From an uncultured Sphaerochaeta sp. (GTDB lineage: Bacteria > Spirochaetota > Spirochaetia > Sphaerochaetales > Sphaerochaetaceae): 64,000 nucleotides of DNA. This document shows, one piece after another, positions 1 through 10,344 of the stretch (positions are counted from its first letter, which is position 1; each line of letters opens with the position of its first letter). The position numbers and the translations under genes were made by a program. The notes under the pieces are model-generated. The model did no database searches. It saw only the letters and a program-made list of their open reading frames with translations, and was not told the DNA's origin. The stretch is from contig CAMOUY010000001.1 of NCBI GenBank assembly GCA_946626785.1, forward strand, positions 12,116 to 76,115, read 5' to 3'.

Positions 1-749
1 TAGGAGCCGATAAGCTTGAGCGGGATGCGCTGTTCAGCAGCATCGAGATCGTAGTAGAAATGAGTCTCCGGATCCCACATCAGATTGTTAATCCTGGTCT
101 TGATGGAGAAGTAGAGCTTCTTGTATCTGAAGCTGAGCTCCTTGTCGTTCAGGATGTCTCCGATCTCTGAGAGATAGAAGGCATTGAGGGCCATCAGGGA
201 GTTGAAATCAACAGGATAGACCGTGTTCTCTCTTGGGATGTTTCCTGTAAGGCAGGCAGAAACAGGAACGGAGAAGAGTCCGTTCTCCTTCTGGAACATT
301 GCCTTGACCCAGTTGAAGTAGTTCTCAAGGAACGGGACGATGTCCTTCAAGCGCTTCTTGTTGCCGATCTTGTGGTAGAAAACGTACTCAACATATGCAA
401 ACAGAGGGAGTGTGATTCCTTCGGGATTGTCTTCCGTGACGACGGGGCTTCCGTCCTCTACGCTGTAATCGGATCTGATTGCACCGCTCTCCTCCTGCTT
501 GCTGTAGAAGTAGTCAAGCATCTCGAAGGGAGAGTATGTCTGGTTGCTGTAGCTGAGAGACAAGGCGGAAAGGCAGGAGTCGAACAGGTTTATGGTCTTC
601 TGTTCACTGCTTGAGAGATAGCTTCCTGTGAATCCGTTCTGCTCTGTACCCTGTGTCCAGTGCTCGTCGATCCAGACCCAGGACCTGTCGTAGAGGTCAA
701 CGAAGTCCTGGTCGTAAAAATGTATTGAAGGAATTGATTCGCGATTCAA
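1..749 (-). CDS. glycoside hydrolase-like protein; only the N-terminal ~249 aa are in the window and the gene continues past the left edge. A six-hairpin (trehalase/GH63-like) glycosidase is suspected.
   Basis: The minus-strand frame is open from the window edge to a TTG at 747-749, with GGGAG 6 nt upstream. It is absent from the ORF track because it is truncated. My translation reads MNRESIPSIHFYDQDFVDLYDRSWVWIDEHW...PVDFNSLMALNAFYLSEIGDIL. The family call is from memory of trehalase/GH63-type motifs, not from an alignment. Confidence 0.4.
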   Translation of the reverse strand, partial: MNRESIPSIHFYDQDFVDLYDRSWVWIDEHWTQGTEQNGFTGSYLSSSEQKTINLFDSCLSALSLSYSNQTYSPFEMLDYFYSKQEESGAIRSDYSVEDGSPVVTEDNPEGITLPLFAYVEYVFYHKIGNKKRLKDIVPFLENYFNWVKAMFQKENGLFSVPVSACLTGNIPRENTVYPVDFNSLMALNAFYLSEIGDILNDKELSFRYKKLYFSIKTRINNLMWDPETHFYYDLDAAEQRIPLKLIGS

Positions 750-975
750 TTTCTGCTCCCAATAATCATAAAAAAACCCAATATCATTTAGTCGATATTA
801 GGGCGTATATAACACTATCACAAATTAAGAAAAACGTCAAATTTTTTTATAAATTATTTACATACTAGTAATTCTTTTCAGTAAGATATTTTGAAACCAT
901 TGAAATATTGTTCACGTACACGTTTTAGTTGGATTTAGTTCGATTTTGTGTTCATAAACGGGAGTTATTCTTAGA

Positions 976-2865
976 TTGATGTTGTCATGGCAAAAGCACT
1001 ACAATTCCAGCATGAGCACAGACTTCCTTCCAATGTCCAGAAAAGAGATGCAGTCCCGCGGCTGGGAAGAGCTTGACATACTCTTCATCTCGGCCGATGC
1101 CTATGTGGACCATCCTTCATTCGCCACCGCCCTCCTCTGCAGGCTCCTTGAAAGCAAGGGCTACAGGGTCGGTATCGTGGCCCAGCCGAACTGGAAGGAT
1201 CCCGAGTCCCTGAAGGTCATGGGACGCCCAAGGCTCTGTGTCATGATAAGCGGAGGCAACATCGACTCGATGGTCTCCCACTACACAAGCACGAAGAAGA
1301 GACGAAGCGAGGACTACTACTCTCCAGGGGGAAAGGCTGGATACAGACCTGACCGTCCGACCATGGTCTACTCGAATCTGACAAAGCAGGCCTTCGGCAA
1401 GATCCCGATCATCATCGGAGGTCTTGAGGCCTCGCTAAGACGCCTTGCCCATTACGACTACTGGCAGGACATGGTCAGAAAGTCAATTCTCCTGGACTCC
1501 AAGGCAGACCTTCTGATCTTCGGGATGGGGGAGCTCCAGATAGTCGAGATCGCGGACAGGCTCAAGGCCGGTGAAAGCATAGACAGCATGAGGGACATCC
1601 AGGGCACCTGCTTCAGCATCTCCGAGAAGGAGTATGCAGAGAAAGGCGCTGAAGCCCTTGGACCTTTCAAGCCTGTTGTTCTACCTTCCTTCGAGGAGGT
1701 CTCCCTCAGAGACAAGGTATCCAACACACCTGATCCCAAGGGTCAGATGTCATATGCAAAAGCTTATAACCTGCAGCTTATGCACGAGAACCCCTTCGAG
1801 AAGTGCTGCCTGCTTCAGAGCTGCAACGGAAGGATAGTTGTCCAGAACCCTCCGGTCAGACCTCTGACAGAGAAGGAGTTCGACTCCCTCTACGACCTTC
1901 CGTTCCAGAGGCTCTGCCACCCGATCTACGAGAAGGACGGAGGAATCCCTGCCATCAACGAGGTCCAGTTCTCGATAACCAGCAACAGAGGTTGCTACGG
2001 TGGCTGCTCTTTCTGCGCGATCACCAACCACCAGGGAAGGATCATCCAGACCAGAAGCCTGGAGTCCCTGGTCAGAGAGGCGGAGAGGATGACCCACCAC
2101 AAGGACTTCAAGGGCTACATCCATGACCTTGGAGGCCCTACCGCCAACTTCCAGTGCCCTGCGTGCGAGAAGCAGCTCAAGGTCGGGCCCTGTGCACATA
2201 GACAGTGCATGTTCCCCACCCCCTGCCCCAACGTGAGGGACTCCCACCGCATCTACCTCGAGAAGCTCAATGCCGTGGCCTCCGTGCCAGGGGTCAAGAA
2301 GGTCTTCATCAGAAGCGGAATAAGATTCGACTACCTCATGCTCTGCACAGACGAGAAGACCAGAAAGCTCTTCATCGAGAAGCTGGTGAGCAACCATGTA
2401 AGCGGGCAGCTGAAGGTCGCACCGGAGCATGTGAGCGATGTGGTGCTTTCATACATGGGCAAGTGCCCGTCAAGCGTCTACGACTCCTTCCTTGATGCAT
2501 ACTTCGAGGAGAACAGGCGACAGGGGAAGAAGCAGTTCGTTATTCCGTACTTCATTGCAGCCCATCCGGGGTCAACTCTGGAGAGCGCAATAGAGCTTGC
2601 CCTGTACATGAAGAAGCGCCACTTCGTTCCCGACCAGGTTCAGGAGTTCTACCCAACTCCTTCCACGGTAGCCACTTGCATGTACTACACAAATATAGAT
2701 CCAAGACCGGGAGAGAACTTCAGGAAGGTCTTCGTCCCAAGAGGAAGGGAGGCAAACCTCCAGAGGGCACTGCTTCAGTTCAACAAGAGGGAGAACAGGC
2801 CTCTGGTCCTTGAAGCCCTTCGCAAAGCAGGCAGAATGGACCTTGCAAAGGTGCTTCTTTCCTAG
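976..2865 (+). CDS. ygiQ: YgiQ-family radical SAM protein (UPF0313)
   Basis: 629-aa ORF. The N-terminus FLPMSRKEMQSRGWEELDILFISADAYVDHPSF matches the YgiQ family, and the radical SAM cluster motif CYGGCSFC is present. The true start is uncertain (TTG 976, ATG 979 or ATG 1009). Confidence 0.85.
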   Translation: MMLSWQKHYNSSMSTDFLPMSRKEMQSRGWEELDILFISADAYVDHPSFATALLCRLLESKGYRVGIVAQPNWKDPESLKVMGRPRLCVMISGGNIDSMVSHYTSTKKRRSEDYYSPGGKAGYRPDRPTMVYSNLTKQAFGKIPIIIGGLEASLRRLAHYDYWQDMVRKSILLDSKADLLIFGMGELQIVEIADRLKAGESIDSMRDIQGTCFSISEKEYAEKGAEALGPFKPVVLPSFEEVSLRDKVSNTPDPKGQMSYAKAYNLQLMHENPFEKCCLLQSCNGRIVVQNPPVRPLTEKEFDSLYDLPFQRLCHPIYEKDGGIPAINEVQFSITSNRGCYGGCSFCAITNHQGRIIQTRSLESLVREAERMTHHKDFKGYIHDLGGPTANFQCPACEKQLKVGPCAHRQCMFPTPCPNVRDSHRIYLEKLNAVASVPGVKKVFIRSGIRFDYLMLCTDEKTRKLFIEKLVSNHVSGQLKVAPEHVSDVVLSYMGKCPSSVYDSFLDAYFEENRRQGKKQFVIPYFIAAHPGSTLESAIELALYMKKRHFVPDQVQEFYPTPSTVATCMYYTNIDPRPGENFRKVFVPRGREANLQRALLQFNKRENRPLVLEALRKAGRMDLAKVLLS

Positions 2866-2909
2866 AACCCAACTTGAAGACCCCACAATTGTTTTGTAGG
2901 ATATGTGTG

Positions 2910-4085
2910 ATGTGTGAAAGAACATTGATAATCAATGCCGATGTTGCTGCATCGGATTCAATCAAGACGGGATACGGCCTCTTCATAAACCAGGACGGCC
3001 GGATTGCCGACGTCTTCTGCATGGATGACCTCGACAAGGCAAAATACGGCAAGGACGTAGTGGTTCTGGACGCCGAGGGCCGCCTTTTGGCACCAGGACT
3101 TGTGGACACCCACATCCACGGCATCCACGGCTTTGCCACCGACGATGCACAGGGCTCCTCGATTCTTGGAATGTCAGAGGCCCTTGCCCGCTACGGAGTC
3201 ACCTCCTTCCTACCTACGCTCTACGCAGGAAGACCGGACAAGATGGTCAGGGAGATTTCAGCCATCGTAGAGGTGATCGGAAAGGAGAAAGGTGCAAGGA
3301 TTGCAGGAATCCACCTTGAAGGACCGTTCCTCAGCCCGAAGAAGGCTGGTGCCCAGGAGCCGGGAAGCCTTTCCAACCCATCGACAGCAGTGATGCAGAA
3401 GTTCATAGACGCAGGAAAGGGCTACATAAGGGCCATGACCATAGCGCCGGAGCTTCCAGGGGTGGAAGAGGTTGCAAAGCTTGCAAAGGCCAACGGCATC
3501 GTTCTTCTCATGGGTCACACAAACGCAACCTACCAGGAGGCAAAGGCCGGAATGGAGCTTGGAATCCTCCATGCAACCCACATGTTCAACGCCATGAGTC
3601 CCCTGAACCACAAGAACCCGGGAGTAGCAGGGGCAAGCCTCATGGACAGCAGGATGCACTGCGAGATAATCGCAGACGGAGTCCATGTGAACAAGGACCT
3701 TGTGATGCACGTCATAAGGACCAAGGCCAAGGACAGGGTGGTCCTGATCACAGACAGCCTTGGACCGACAGGTCTAGGCAACGGCAAGTACAGGGCAAAC
3801 GGCGACGATGTCTGCCTTGGAGAGATAGGAGCCTTTGTGAATGCCTCCAACCCGGAGCTTCTCTGCGGTTCCGCACTCACCCTGAACAAGGCCGTCTCCA
3901 ATGTCGTGGCCTGGGGAACAGAGGTCCCACAGGCGCTCAGGATGGCATCCGAGAACCCGGCAAGGGTCTACGGCTTTACCGACATAGGCCTGATCTCGAA
4001 GGGTGCAAGGGCAGATCTTGTGCTGTTCGACAAGGACTTCAAACCTGTCGAGGTGTTCGTCGACGGCCAAAAACTGGCTATTTAG
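2910..4085 (+). CDS. nagA: N-acetylglucosamine-6-phosphate deacetylase
   Basis: Motifs GLVDTHIHG, HLEGPFLSPKKAGAQ, MGHTNATY and THMFNAMS are typical of NagA amidohydrolases. The ORF track opens at TTG 2874; I prefer ATG 2910 (MCERTLIINADV). Confidence 0.85.
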   Translation: MCERTLIINADVAASDSIKTGYGLFINQDGRIADVFCMDDLDKAKYGKDVVVLDAEGRLLAPGLVDTHIHGIHGFATDDAQGSSILGMSEALARYGVTSFLPTLYAGRPDKMVREISAIVEVIGKEKGARIAGIHLEGPFLSPKKAGAQEPGSLSNPSTAVMQKFIDAGKGYIRAMTIAPELPGVEEVAKLAKANGIVLLMGHTNATYQEAKAGMELGILHATHMFNAMSPLNHKNPGVAGASLMDSRMHCEIIADGVHVNKDLVMHVIRTKAKDRVVLITDSLGPTGLGNGKYRANGDDVCLGEIGAFVNASNPELLCGSALTLNKAVSNVVAWGTEVPQALRMASENPARVYGFTDIGLISKGARADLVLFDKDFKPVEVFVDGQKLAI

Positions 4086-4173
4086 GTTTTGTACAAAAAT
4101 TATATTGGTTTTAAATCAATTGAAAATCGGTTATTACAGATTTTTATTGCTTTAATATAACAGGAGATAGCAA

Positions 4174-5613
4174 ATGACAACTTTGGATTATTTCTATCAG
4201 ATATGCAAGATCCCAAGGGAATCAGGCAATGAGGAAGGCATGAGGCAGTACCTCCTTGCCTGGGCAAAAGAGAACAACTTCGAAGGAATCCGCGACACGG
4301 CAGGAAACATCATAGTGCGTGTAGACGCCACTCCGGGTTACGAGAACGTCCCGTACGTTGCCCTCCAGTCCCATATGGACATGGTCTGCGTCAAGGTAGC
4401 AGGAAGCAAACACAACTTCCTGACAGACCCTATTGAGGTCTACCAGGACGGAGACTTCCTCAGGGCAAAGGACACCAGCCTTGGCGGAGACAACGGAATC
4501 GGAGTAGCCATGACAATGGCACTCTTCACGGACCCGAGCGCAAAGCACGGACCTCTTGAGGGACTATTCACATTCTCTGAAGAGACAGGAATGGATGGAG
4601 CCTACAACCTTGACGGAAGCCTTATAAGAAGCAAGAAGATGCTCAACCTGGACAGCGAGGAGGAAGGCATCATCTACATCGGCTGCGCCGGAGGAATCGA
4701 CCTTGTCGGCAAGATGCAGTGCGAGACCTCAGAGCTTCCTATCAACTGGGACACACTGGAGATCAAGCTCTCAGGACTGAAGGGCGGCCACAGCGGTGGA
4801 GAGATCCATAACCAGAGACTCAACGCCATAAGCGCCCTTGCAAGGATCCTGGTATCCCTTGAGGACATCAACGTTCCGTTCAGAATCAACTACTTCAACG
4901 GCGGAACAAAGAGAAACGTCATCCCGTTCAGCGCAGAATGCAGCATCTGCGTCCCGGTTGACCTGAAGGAGAATGCCGCACAGCAGATACAGAAGACTTT
5001 CGAGATCATCAAGGACGAGAACAAGTACGAGGAGCCTGGCTTCGAGATCATGAAGAGATGCACAGCCCACGGCGCGGTCAAGGCAGAGAGCGCAATTGAT
5101 GAGGATGTCTCTCTTCTGATTGCAAAGGCGCTGTTCGCCTGCCCTCACGGAGTCTATTCCTTCAGCAAGGCAATTCCTGGTATTGTAGAGACTTCTGATA
5201 ACCTGGCAATAGTACATCTCAATGATGGTGAGTTCAGCATCCAGATCAGTGTAAGAAGCAATTCAGACACTGCAAAGTACTTCCTGGTCAACAGGATCAG
5301 AGTCATCCTGGAGAGCTTTGGAATCCAGTGCAAGATAGGCAACGGATACCCTGCCTGGAACCCGGACCCGAACTCGGCTCTGGCAAAGTTCTGCTCAGAG
5401 GCCTATGAGAACAGAACAGGCAAGAAGCCTATCATCACAGCCATCCACGCAGGTCTTGAGTGCAGCGTCATCAACAGCAAGTGCCCAGGACTGGACAGCG
5501 TCTCCATCGGACCTGAGATGTATGACATCCACTCCACAGGTGAGAGACTGTCAGTAAGCTCCACTCTCAGAACCTACGACTTTGTGAAGCATCTGCTTGA
5601 GATCATAAAGTAA
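4174..5613 (+). CDS. pepD: aminoacyl-histidine (Xaa-His) dipeptidase, M20 family
   Basis: 479-aa ORF. It contains IPRESGNEEG...GNIIVR...LQSHMDMV and DNGIGVA motifs characteristic of PepD. A GGAG RBS lies upstream. Confidence 0.85.
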   Translation: MTTLDYFYQICKIPRESGNEEGMRQYLLAWAKENNFEGIRDTAGNIIVRVDATPGYENVPYVALQSHMDMVCVKVAGSKHNFLTDPIEVYQDGDFLRAKDTSLGGDNGIGVAMTMALFTDPSAKHGPLEGLFTFSEETGMDGAYNLDGSLIRSKKMLNLDSEEEGIIYIGCAGGIDLVGKMQCETSELPINWDTLEIKLSGLKGGHSGGEIHNQRLNAISALARILVSLEDINVPFRINYFNGGTKRNVIPFSAECSICVPVDLKENAAQQIQKTFEIIKDENKYEEPGFEIMKRCTAHGAVKAESAIDEDVSLLIAKALFACPHGVYSFSKAIPGIVETSDNLAIVHLNDGEFSIQISVRSNSDTAKYFLVNRIRVILESFGIQCKIGNGYPAWNPDPNSALAKFCSEAYENRTGKKPIITAIHAGLECSVINSKCPGLDSVSIGPEMYDIHSTGERLSVSSTLRTYDFVKHLLEIIK

Positions 5614-5624
5614 GTTTTTTCAAA

Positions 5625-6797
5625 TTATAGAGATGCCCTGAAGATCGAGAGGATGTCCTCCTCTGTCAGAGGGGCATACATCCATGACCAGTCCCGGCCT
5701 TGGTCGTAGAAGACGTGATGCGCCATCTCCTCCAGCCGGGATTCGTCTATTCCAACATCCTTCAGATGCATCGGAAGACCAAGCTCGACAAAGAAATCGA
5801 AGGTGGCGTCAATGGCCTTCTCCGCAATCTCCCTTGCAGGCAGAGATGCATCGATTCCAAAGACGTTGATTCCATACTGGGCAAGTCTGCCCTCAGTCTT
5901 CTCGTTCAGAATCGCCCTCATCCATCTTGGTGCAATGATTGCAAGCCCTATTCCGTGTGTGAGGTCGTAGTATACGGAAAGTGCGTACTCGATTGCATGC
6001 ATCGGCCAGCCGGAATAGCCCTCACCTATGCCGAGGATTCCGTTGCAGGCAAGGGTGCAGCAGAGGGAGATCTCGGACCTTGCCTTGTAGTCCTTCGGGT
6101 CCTTGACCGCAAGACGCCCGTTCTTTATCAGGCTTCTCAGGCAGGACTCCATCATGCCGTCTGCGAGGGAGTTGTTGTCATCGTTGAAATAGCTCTCCAT
6201 CACATGGTTCATGGCATCTGCGATGCCGGCTATCATCTGCTTCTTTGGTACGGTATAAGTGTATGTAGGGTCTATAAAAGAGACAGCAGGGAACACCTTC
6301 GGACTGTAGAAGTCCAGCTTGTCGTTCGTCTCGGTTCTGGAGATGACGGCGACGCAGTCGTACTCACTTCCCGTAGCAGCCATTGTGATGATGTCCACAA
6401 GGGGGATGGTCTCTCCCACCGGCTCTGCTCCTATTATCATCTGCCAAGGGTCGGAACCCTGGAACTTGGCGCCTGCGGAGATCGCCTTCGAGCAGTCGAC
6501 CACGCTTCCACCACCGACGGCAAGGATCACGTCAATGCCCTTCTCCCTGCAGATGTCAATTCCCGTCAGGACGCTTGTCGAGTAGCGGGGGTTAGGCTCT
6601 ATTCCGCTAAGCTCATAGACCTCGAAGTCCTTCAGAAGATCCATTATCTGGTCATAGAGGCCCGATCTCTTGATGCTTCCTCCGCCATAGGTCAGAAGGA
6701 CCTTCCTTCCATAGGTTTCCAGAACCTCAGGGAGCTGTTCTACGGCCCCTTCCCCGAAAATCAACCTGGTTGGTGTACAGTAATCGAAGTTCTGCAT
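5625..6797 (-). CDS. iron-containing (type III) alcohol dehydrogenase, butanol-dehydrogenase/YqhD-like
   Basis: 390-aa ORF. It has the GGGS(V)xD NAD-binding motif (AVGGGSVVDCSKA) and a metal-binding His-rich region (HAIEYALS...THGIGLA). Confidence 0.85.
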   Translation of the reverse strand: MQNFDYCTPTRLIFGEGAVEQLPEVLETYGRKVLLTYGGGSIKRSGLYDQIMDLLKDFEVYELSGIEPNPRYSTSVLTGIDICREKGIDVILAVGGGSVVDCSKAISAGAKFQGSDPWQMIIGAEPVGETIPLVDIITMAATGSEYDCVAVISRTETNDKLDFYSPKVFPAVSFIDPTYTYTVPKKQMIAGIADAMNHVMESYFNDDNNSLADGMMESCLRSLIKNGRLAVKDPKDYKARSEISLCCTLACNGILGIGEGYSGWPMHAIEYALSVYYDLTHGIGLAIIAPRWMRAILNEKTEGRLAQYGINVFGIDASLPAREIAEKAIDATFDFFVELGLPMHLKDVGIDESRLEEMAHHVFYDQGRDWSWMYAPLTEEDILSIFRASL

Positions 6798-6817
6798 GAC
6801 AAGCCTCCTTTTGCTTC

Positions 6818-7516
6818 TCAGACAATGTTCATGGCCCAGCCTGACTTGGTTAGAGAGGACAGCTTAGCCTTCCTCTCGTCCAGATCGGACATGTTGGCCT
6901 CCATCAAGGACCAGAATTCCCTTCCGTGTCCACTGTATCTCAGGTGGCAGCACTCGTGGAGGATGGTCATGTCTATCAGATCCTCAGGCAAGGTTGCACA
7001 CATGTAGCTAAGACAGATCCTTCTTTCAACAGTGTAGCACACTCCCCACTTGCTTTTGGCCCTATTCACCTGAAAAACCTTCGGTTCATCGACCCCAATC
7101 TCGCTGCACCAGTAGGGGATGCGCCTCTCCAGGAAGCCCATCACAGTGTCTGTGTAGAGCTTTCTGATGACCTTCTTGACCGCCTCTTCATTCTGCTTTC
7201 TGACCGTGACGATCACCTTGTCATCAACAAGGTCATAGCCTGCTCTCTTGCCCTCAATGACCATCAAGGTTAGTTTTCTGCCAAGATAGGGCACGAAATC
7301 ACCAGTCTGATAGTCGTGGCTGGAGACGCGCTGCGAGTATTTTGAGATCCAGTCTGAGCTTCTGGTGACAAAGTCGTCTATCTCCCTGTAAGAAGCATAG
7401 TATGGGGCGCTGACAACGACATGGCCTGCGGAATCAAGGTGCAGACGCAGATTCCTCTGCCCTCTGTTGCGCTTCAGCGTGTAGGAAATTCCATGGATGC
7501 TTCGTTCTATGGTCAT
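6818..7516 (-). CDS. YgjP-like (DUF45, M48-related) metal-dependent hydrolase
   Basis: The HExxH motif (ILHECCHLRYSGHGREFW) lies near the C-terminus. The conserved part begins at MTIERSIHGISYTLKRN. The track ORF extends to 7780, but that extension overlaps the divergent TraB gene and looks non-protein-like. Confidence 0.75.
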   Translation of the reverse strand: MTIERSIHGISYTLKRNRGQRNLRLHLDSAGHVVVSAPYYASYREIDDFVTRSSDWISKYSQRVSSHDYQTGDFVPYLGRKLTLMVIEGKRAGYDLVDDKVIVTVRKQNEEAVKKVIRKLYTDTVMGFLERRIPYWCSEIGVDEPKVFQVNRAKSKWGVCYTVERRICLSYMCATLPEDLIDMTILHECCHLRYSGHGREFWSLMEANMSDLDERKAKLSSLTKSGWAMNIV

Positions 7517-7592
7517 GGTCCTGAGTATAGCAGAACACTCAATTGTTGAACACTTTGAAGTTAGTTTGTATATTTCATATAAATGCCTGAAA

Positions 7593-8807
7593 ATGGCGCT
7601 TATTGGAGGCCCTATAGTGAGGACGGAGCATGTCAGCGACACTGTGAACAAGATATTCCTGGATAATGGAGACGAGATAATCCTTGTCGGAACAGCCCAC
7701 GTCTCGCAAAACAGCGTCGAGGAGGTCCGTGCAGTCATAGAAGCTGAGCAGCCTGACCACATCTGCCTTGAGCTGGACAAAGGCCGCTACGAGAGCAAGA
7801 CCAAGGAGCAGAGCTACTCCAACATGAACCTTACAAAGGTCTTTAGAGAGGGCAAGACCTTCCTTGTTCTGGCCAACACCGCACTTGCATCCTTCCAGAA
7901 GAAGATGGGAACCCAGACAGGTTCAGCCCCTGGAGAGGAGATCATCGGAGCCAGCAAGATCGCAGATGAGCTTGGAATTCCTTATTCCTTCTGTGACAGA
8001 GAGATAGCCATCACGCTCAAGAGGGCTTGGGCAAAGAGCAACCTCTGGAACAAGGCAAAGCTCATCGGAACACTTCTCTCAAGCGCCTTCGACAAGGAGG
8101 AGTTCAAGCCTGAGGAGCTCGAGGAGCTTAAGAAGTCCGACACCCTGCAGGAGATGATGAACGAGCTTGCCAAGGAGCTTCCGGGAGCCAAGGAGGCCCT
8201 GATAGACGAGAGAGACCGCTTCCTTGCAACCAACATCATGACAGCTCCAGGACATAAGAAGGTTGCAGTCATAGGTGCAGGCCATGCAAACGGAATCATC
8301 AAAACAGTTGAGAAGCTGGAGAAGAAGGAGCTTTCAACAGATCTCTCCTCAATAGCACAGGCGCCCAAACCTTCCAAGGCAGGAAAGATAGCGCAGTGGA
8401 TTGTTCCAATTGCCCTTATTGCAATCATAATTGGAGTGGGTTTCGCACACGGCTTCAATGAAAGTTTAAGGTATTTCCTGATCTGGGCGGGCACAAACGC
8501 AGCCACAACGGTCCTCTTCAGCATCCTTTCAAATGCACACCCACTGAACTGGCTGGTTGCGGCGATAAGCGCCCCGATTGCGGTTCTGAACCCTGCAATC
8601 GGCGTTGGAGTGGTCACTGGAATAGCAGAGGCTACGCTCAGAAAGCCTACTGTAAGGGATTTCGAGAGCCTGTCAGATGAGATCTCATCGGTCAAGGGCT
8701 GGTTCAAGAACAAGGTCCTTCACGCCTTCATGATCTTCTTCACAACAAGCATCGGAAGCATAATCGGAACCTTCGTTCTGTTCCCGATAATGCTTAAAGT
8801 ATTCTGA
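7593..8807 (+). CDS. TraB/GumN-family protein with C-terminal membrane domain
   Basis: It has the ILVGTAHVSQNSVEEVRAVIEAEQPDHICLELD signature of the TraB family, and hydrophobic helices in the last ~130 aa. The start is moved to ATG 7593 (MALIGGPIV). Confidence 0.7.
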   Translation: MALIGGPIVRTEHVSDTVNKIFLDNGDEIILVGTAHVSQNSVEEVRAVIEAEQPDHICLELDKGRYESKTKEQSYSNMNLTKVFREGKTFLVLANTALASFQKKMGTQTGSAPGEEIIGASKIADELGIPYSFCDREIAITLKRAWAKSNLWNKAKLIGTLLSSAFDKEEFKPEELEELKKSDTLQEMMNELAKELPGAKEALIDERDRFLATNIMTAPGHKKVAVIGAGHANGIIKTVEKLEKKELSTDLSSIAQAPKPSKAGKIAQWIVPIALIAIIIGVGFAHGFNESLRYFLIWAGTNAATTVLFSILSNAHPLNWLVAAISAPIAVLNPAIGVGVVTGIAEATLRKPTVRDFESLSDEISSVKGWFKNKVLHAFMIFFTTSIGSIIGTFVLFPIMLKVF

Positions 8808-8834
8808 GAAACAATTTAATTTTGACAATTCACT

Positions 8835-8860
8835 GAGAACCGGGCTTTGGCCCGGTTTTC
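8835..8860. terminator. GC-rich hairpin between convergent TraB-family gene and radA (likely bidirectional terminator)
   Basis: The sequence GAGAACCGGGC-TTTG-GCCCGGTTTTC gives a ~10-bp stem followed by a T-rich tail. It abuts the radA stop codon. Confidence 0.5.
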
Positions 8861-10201
8861 TCATCTTATGTTGAAGGCGTCGCGAACTCTCTGGCAGCGC
8901 TTCAGAAGAACCCTGTTCGGCTCGAAGTTCATCGAGGCAGGAACCAAGGCCTTGTCAAAGCCCATCTCGTAGGCAGCCTTTAGCCTTCTGTCCCCGTAGT
9001 TTACAGGTCTGACCTCTCCTGCAAGGGAGAGTTCTCCGAAGCTCACCATCTTTGCAGGCAGGTTTTTCTCGCTGTATGCGGACCAGATTGCCATAGCCAG
9101 GGCAAGCTCCACAGAGACCTCGTTGACCTTGATGCCTCCAGCCACGTTGATGTAGATGTCTTTGTCTGCCAGCCTGATGCCAGCATGGCGCTCCAGGATC
9201 GCGCAGACACGCATGACCCTAGAGGAATCTATCTTGTCTGAATAAACGCGACTGTAGCCCGATTTCGCGTCCACAATCAAAGCCTGGAGCTCGACCAGAA
9301 AGGTTCGGGTTCCCTCTGTGATTGCAGTGTATGCGATGCCCGGCGGAAGCTCCGACTCCTTGCGCTCGGAGATGAAGAAGCTGGCTGGGTCCTTGACCCC
9401 TTCAAGACCCTCGTTCGTCATGACGAAGATGCCGATCTCATCAACCGATCCGAAGCGGTTCTTGGCCGCCCTTATCAGCCGTACTCCCATGGATGCCTGC
9501 TCGAAGTAGAGCACCGTGTCCACCATGTGCTCGATGATCTTCGGACCGGCCAAAGCGCCTTCCTTCGTGACATGGCCGACGAAGAAAACGGAGACTCCGA
9601 TGGCCTTGCAAAGACCGACGATCTCCATGCAGCAGTTTCTGATCTGGGTCACCGATCCGGCCGTTGAAGTCAGCTCCTCGGAGGCCAGGGTCTGCAGGGA
9701 ATCTATGACGGCGATCTGAGGTTTCTCGCTCTTCAGGACGGAGAGGATCCTGTCCAGCTTAGTCTCGCAGAATATGTTGATCGAACCGAGGTTCAGACCA
9801 AGTCTCTCTGCTCTCTGGCGGACCTGGCTTGCGCTCTCCTCTCCGGAGACGTACAGGACCTTTCTTCTTGAGGAGCAGCAGGCCACAACCTGCAAAAGTA
9901 AGGTTGACTTACCAATGCCCGGTTCTCCGCCAACAAGTATGGAACTTGCCCTCACGATGCCTCCGCCAAGGACTCTGTCCAGCTCCGATATTCCGCTCTC
10001 AAAACGGAACTCGGTCTCGTATGGAACGTCTGAAAGTGCTGTGGAAGAGTATTGTGAGGAATCCTTACTAACTGCTTTTCTATCCTCTATCTTCTCTTCT
10101 GTAAAAGAATTCCAAGAACCGCAGTCTGGACAACGTCCAAGCCACTTGGAACTGGTGTATCCACACTGGGAACAAACGAATTGGGATGTTGGACCTTTCA
10201 T
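8861..10201 (-). CDS. radA: DNA repair protein RadA/Sms
   Basis: It has an N-terminal zinc ribbon (CSQCGYTSSKWLGRCPDCGSWNSF), a Walker A motif (GGEPGIGKST), the KNRFG motif and a Lon-like C-terminal domain. Confidence 0.92.
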   Translation of the reverse strand: MKGPTSQFVCSQCGYTSSKWLGRCPDCGSWNSFTEEKIEDRKAVSKDSSQYSSTALSDVPYETEFRFESGISELDRVLGGGIVRASSILVGGEPGIGKSTLLLQVVACCSSRRKVLYVSGEESASQVRQRAERLGLNLGSINIFCETKLDRILSVLKSEKPQIAVIDSLQTLASEELTSTAGSVTQIRNCCMEIVGLCKAIGVSVFFVGHVTKEGALAGPKIIEHMVDTVLYFEQASMGVRLIRAAKNRFGSVDEIGIFVMTNEGLEGVKDPASFFISERKESELPPGIAYTAITEGTRTFLVELQALIVDAKSGYSRVYSDKIDSSRVMRVCAILERHAGIRLADKDIYINVAGGIKVNEVSVELALAMAIWSAYSEKNLPAKMVSFGELSLAGEVRPVNYGDRRLKAAYEMGFDKALVPASMNFEPNRVLLKRCQRVRDAFNIR

Positions 10202-10270
10202 GTGAGGACTCCTTACTAAGTGTATTCTGCAGCTTTACTGGGGCATCTGCCCTTTAAGCATAGGCCATAG

Positions 10271-10322
10271 AACATAAAACCTGCAACATGGATTTGCGAA
10301 TTTCGCAGAGCTTGTTGCAGGT
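10271..10322 (-). terminator. intrinsic terminator downstream of the PPIase gene
   Basis: On the minus strand, ACCTGCAACA...TGTTGCAGGT forms a 10-bp outer stem with an inner TGCGAA/TTCGCA palindrome. It is followed by TTTATGTT. Confidence 0.5.
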
Positions 10323-10344
10323 CTTTGTCAGGAGGGCTGATCAA

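Noticed and set aside
5700-7007. 435-aa plus-strand ORF (longest of many antisense ORFs in the track)
   Set aside because: It lies antisense to the clearly recognisable alcohol dehydrogenase and YgjP-like genes. It has no family motifs and a biased Arg/Leu/Val composition typical of shadow frames in GC3-rich genes. The same reasoning rejects 1750-2430(-), 36347-37573(-), 43940-44746(+), 44743-45555(-), 45640-46584(-), 50802-51650(-), 53141-53830(+), 57526-58236(-), 58727-59320(-), 60150-60947(-) and 61579-62574(-).
7517-7780. N-terminal 88-aa extension of the YgjP-like ORF in the track (start 7780)
   Set aside because: The extension overlaps the divergent TraB-family gene and looks non-protein-like. 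The conserved DUF45 region begins at Met 7516.
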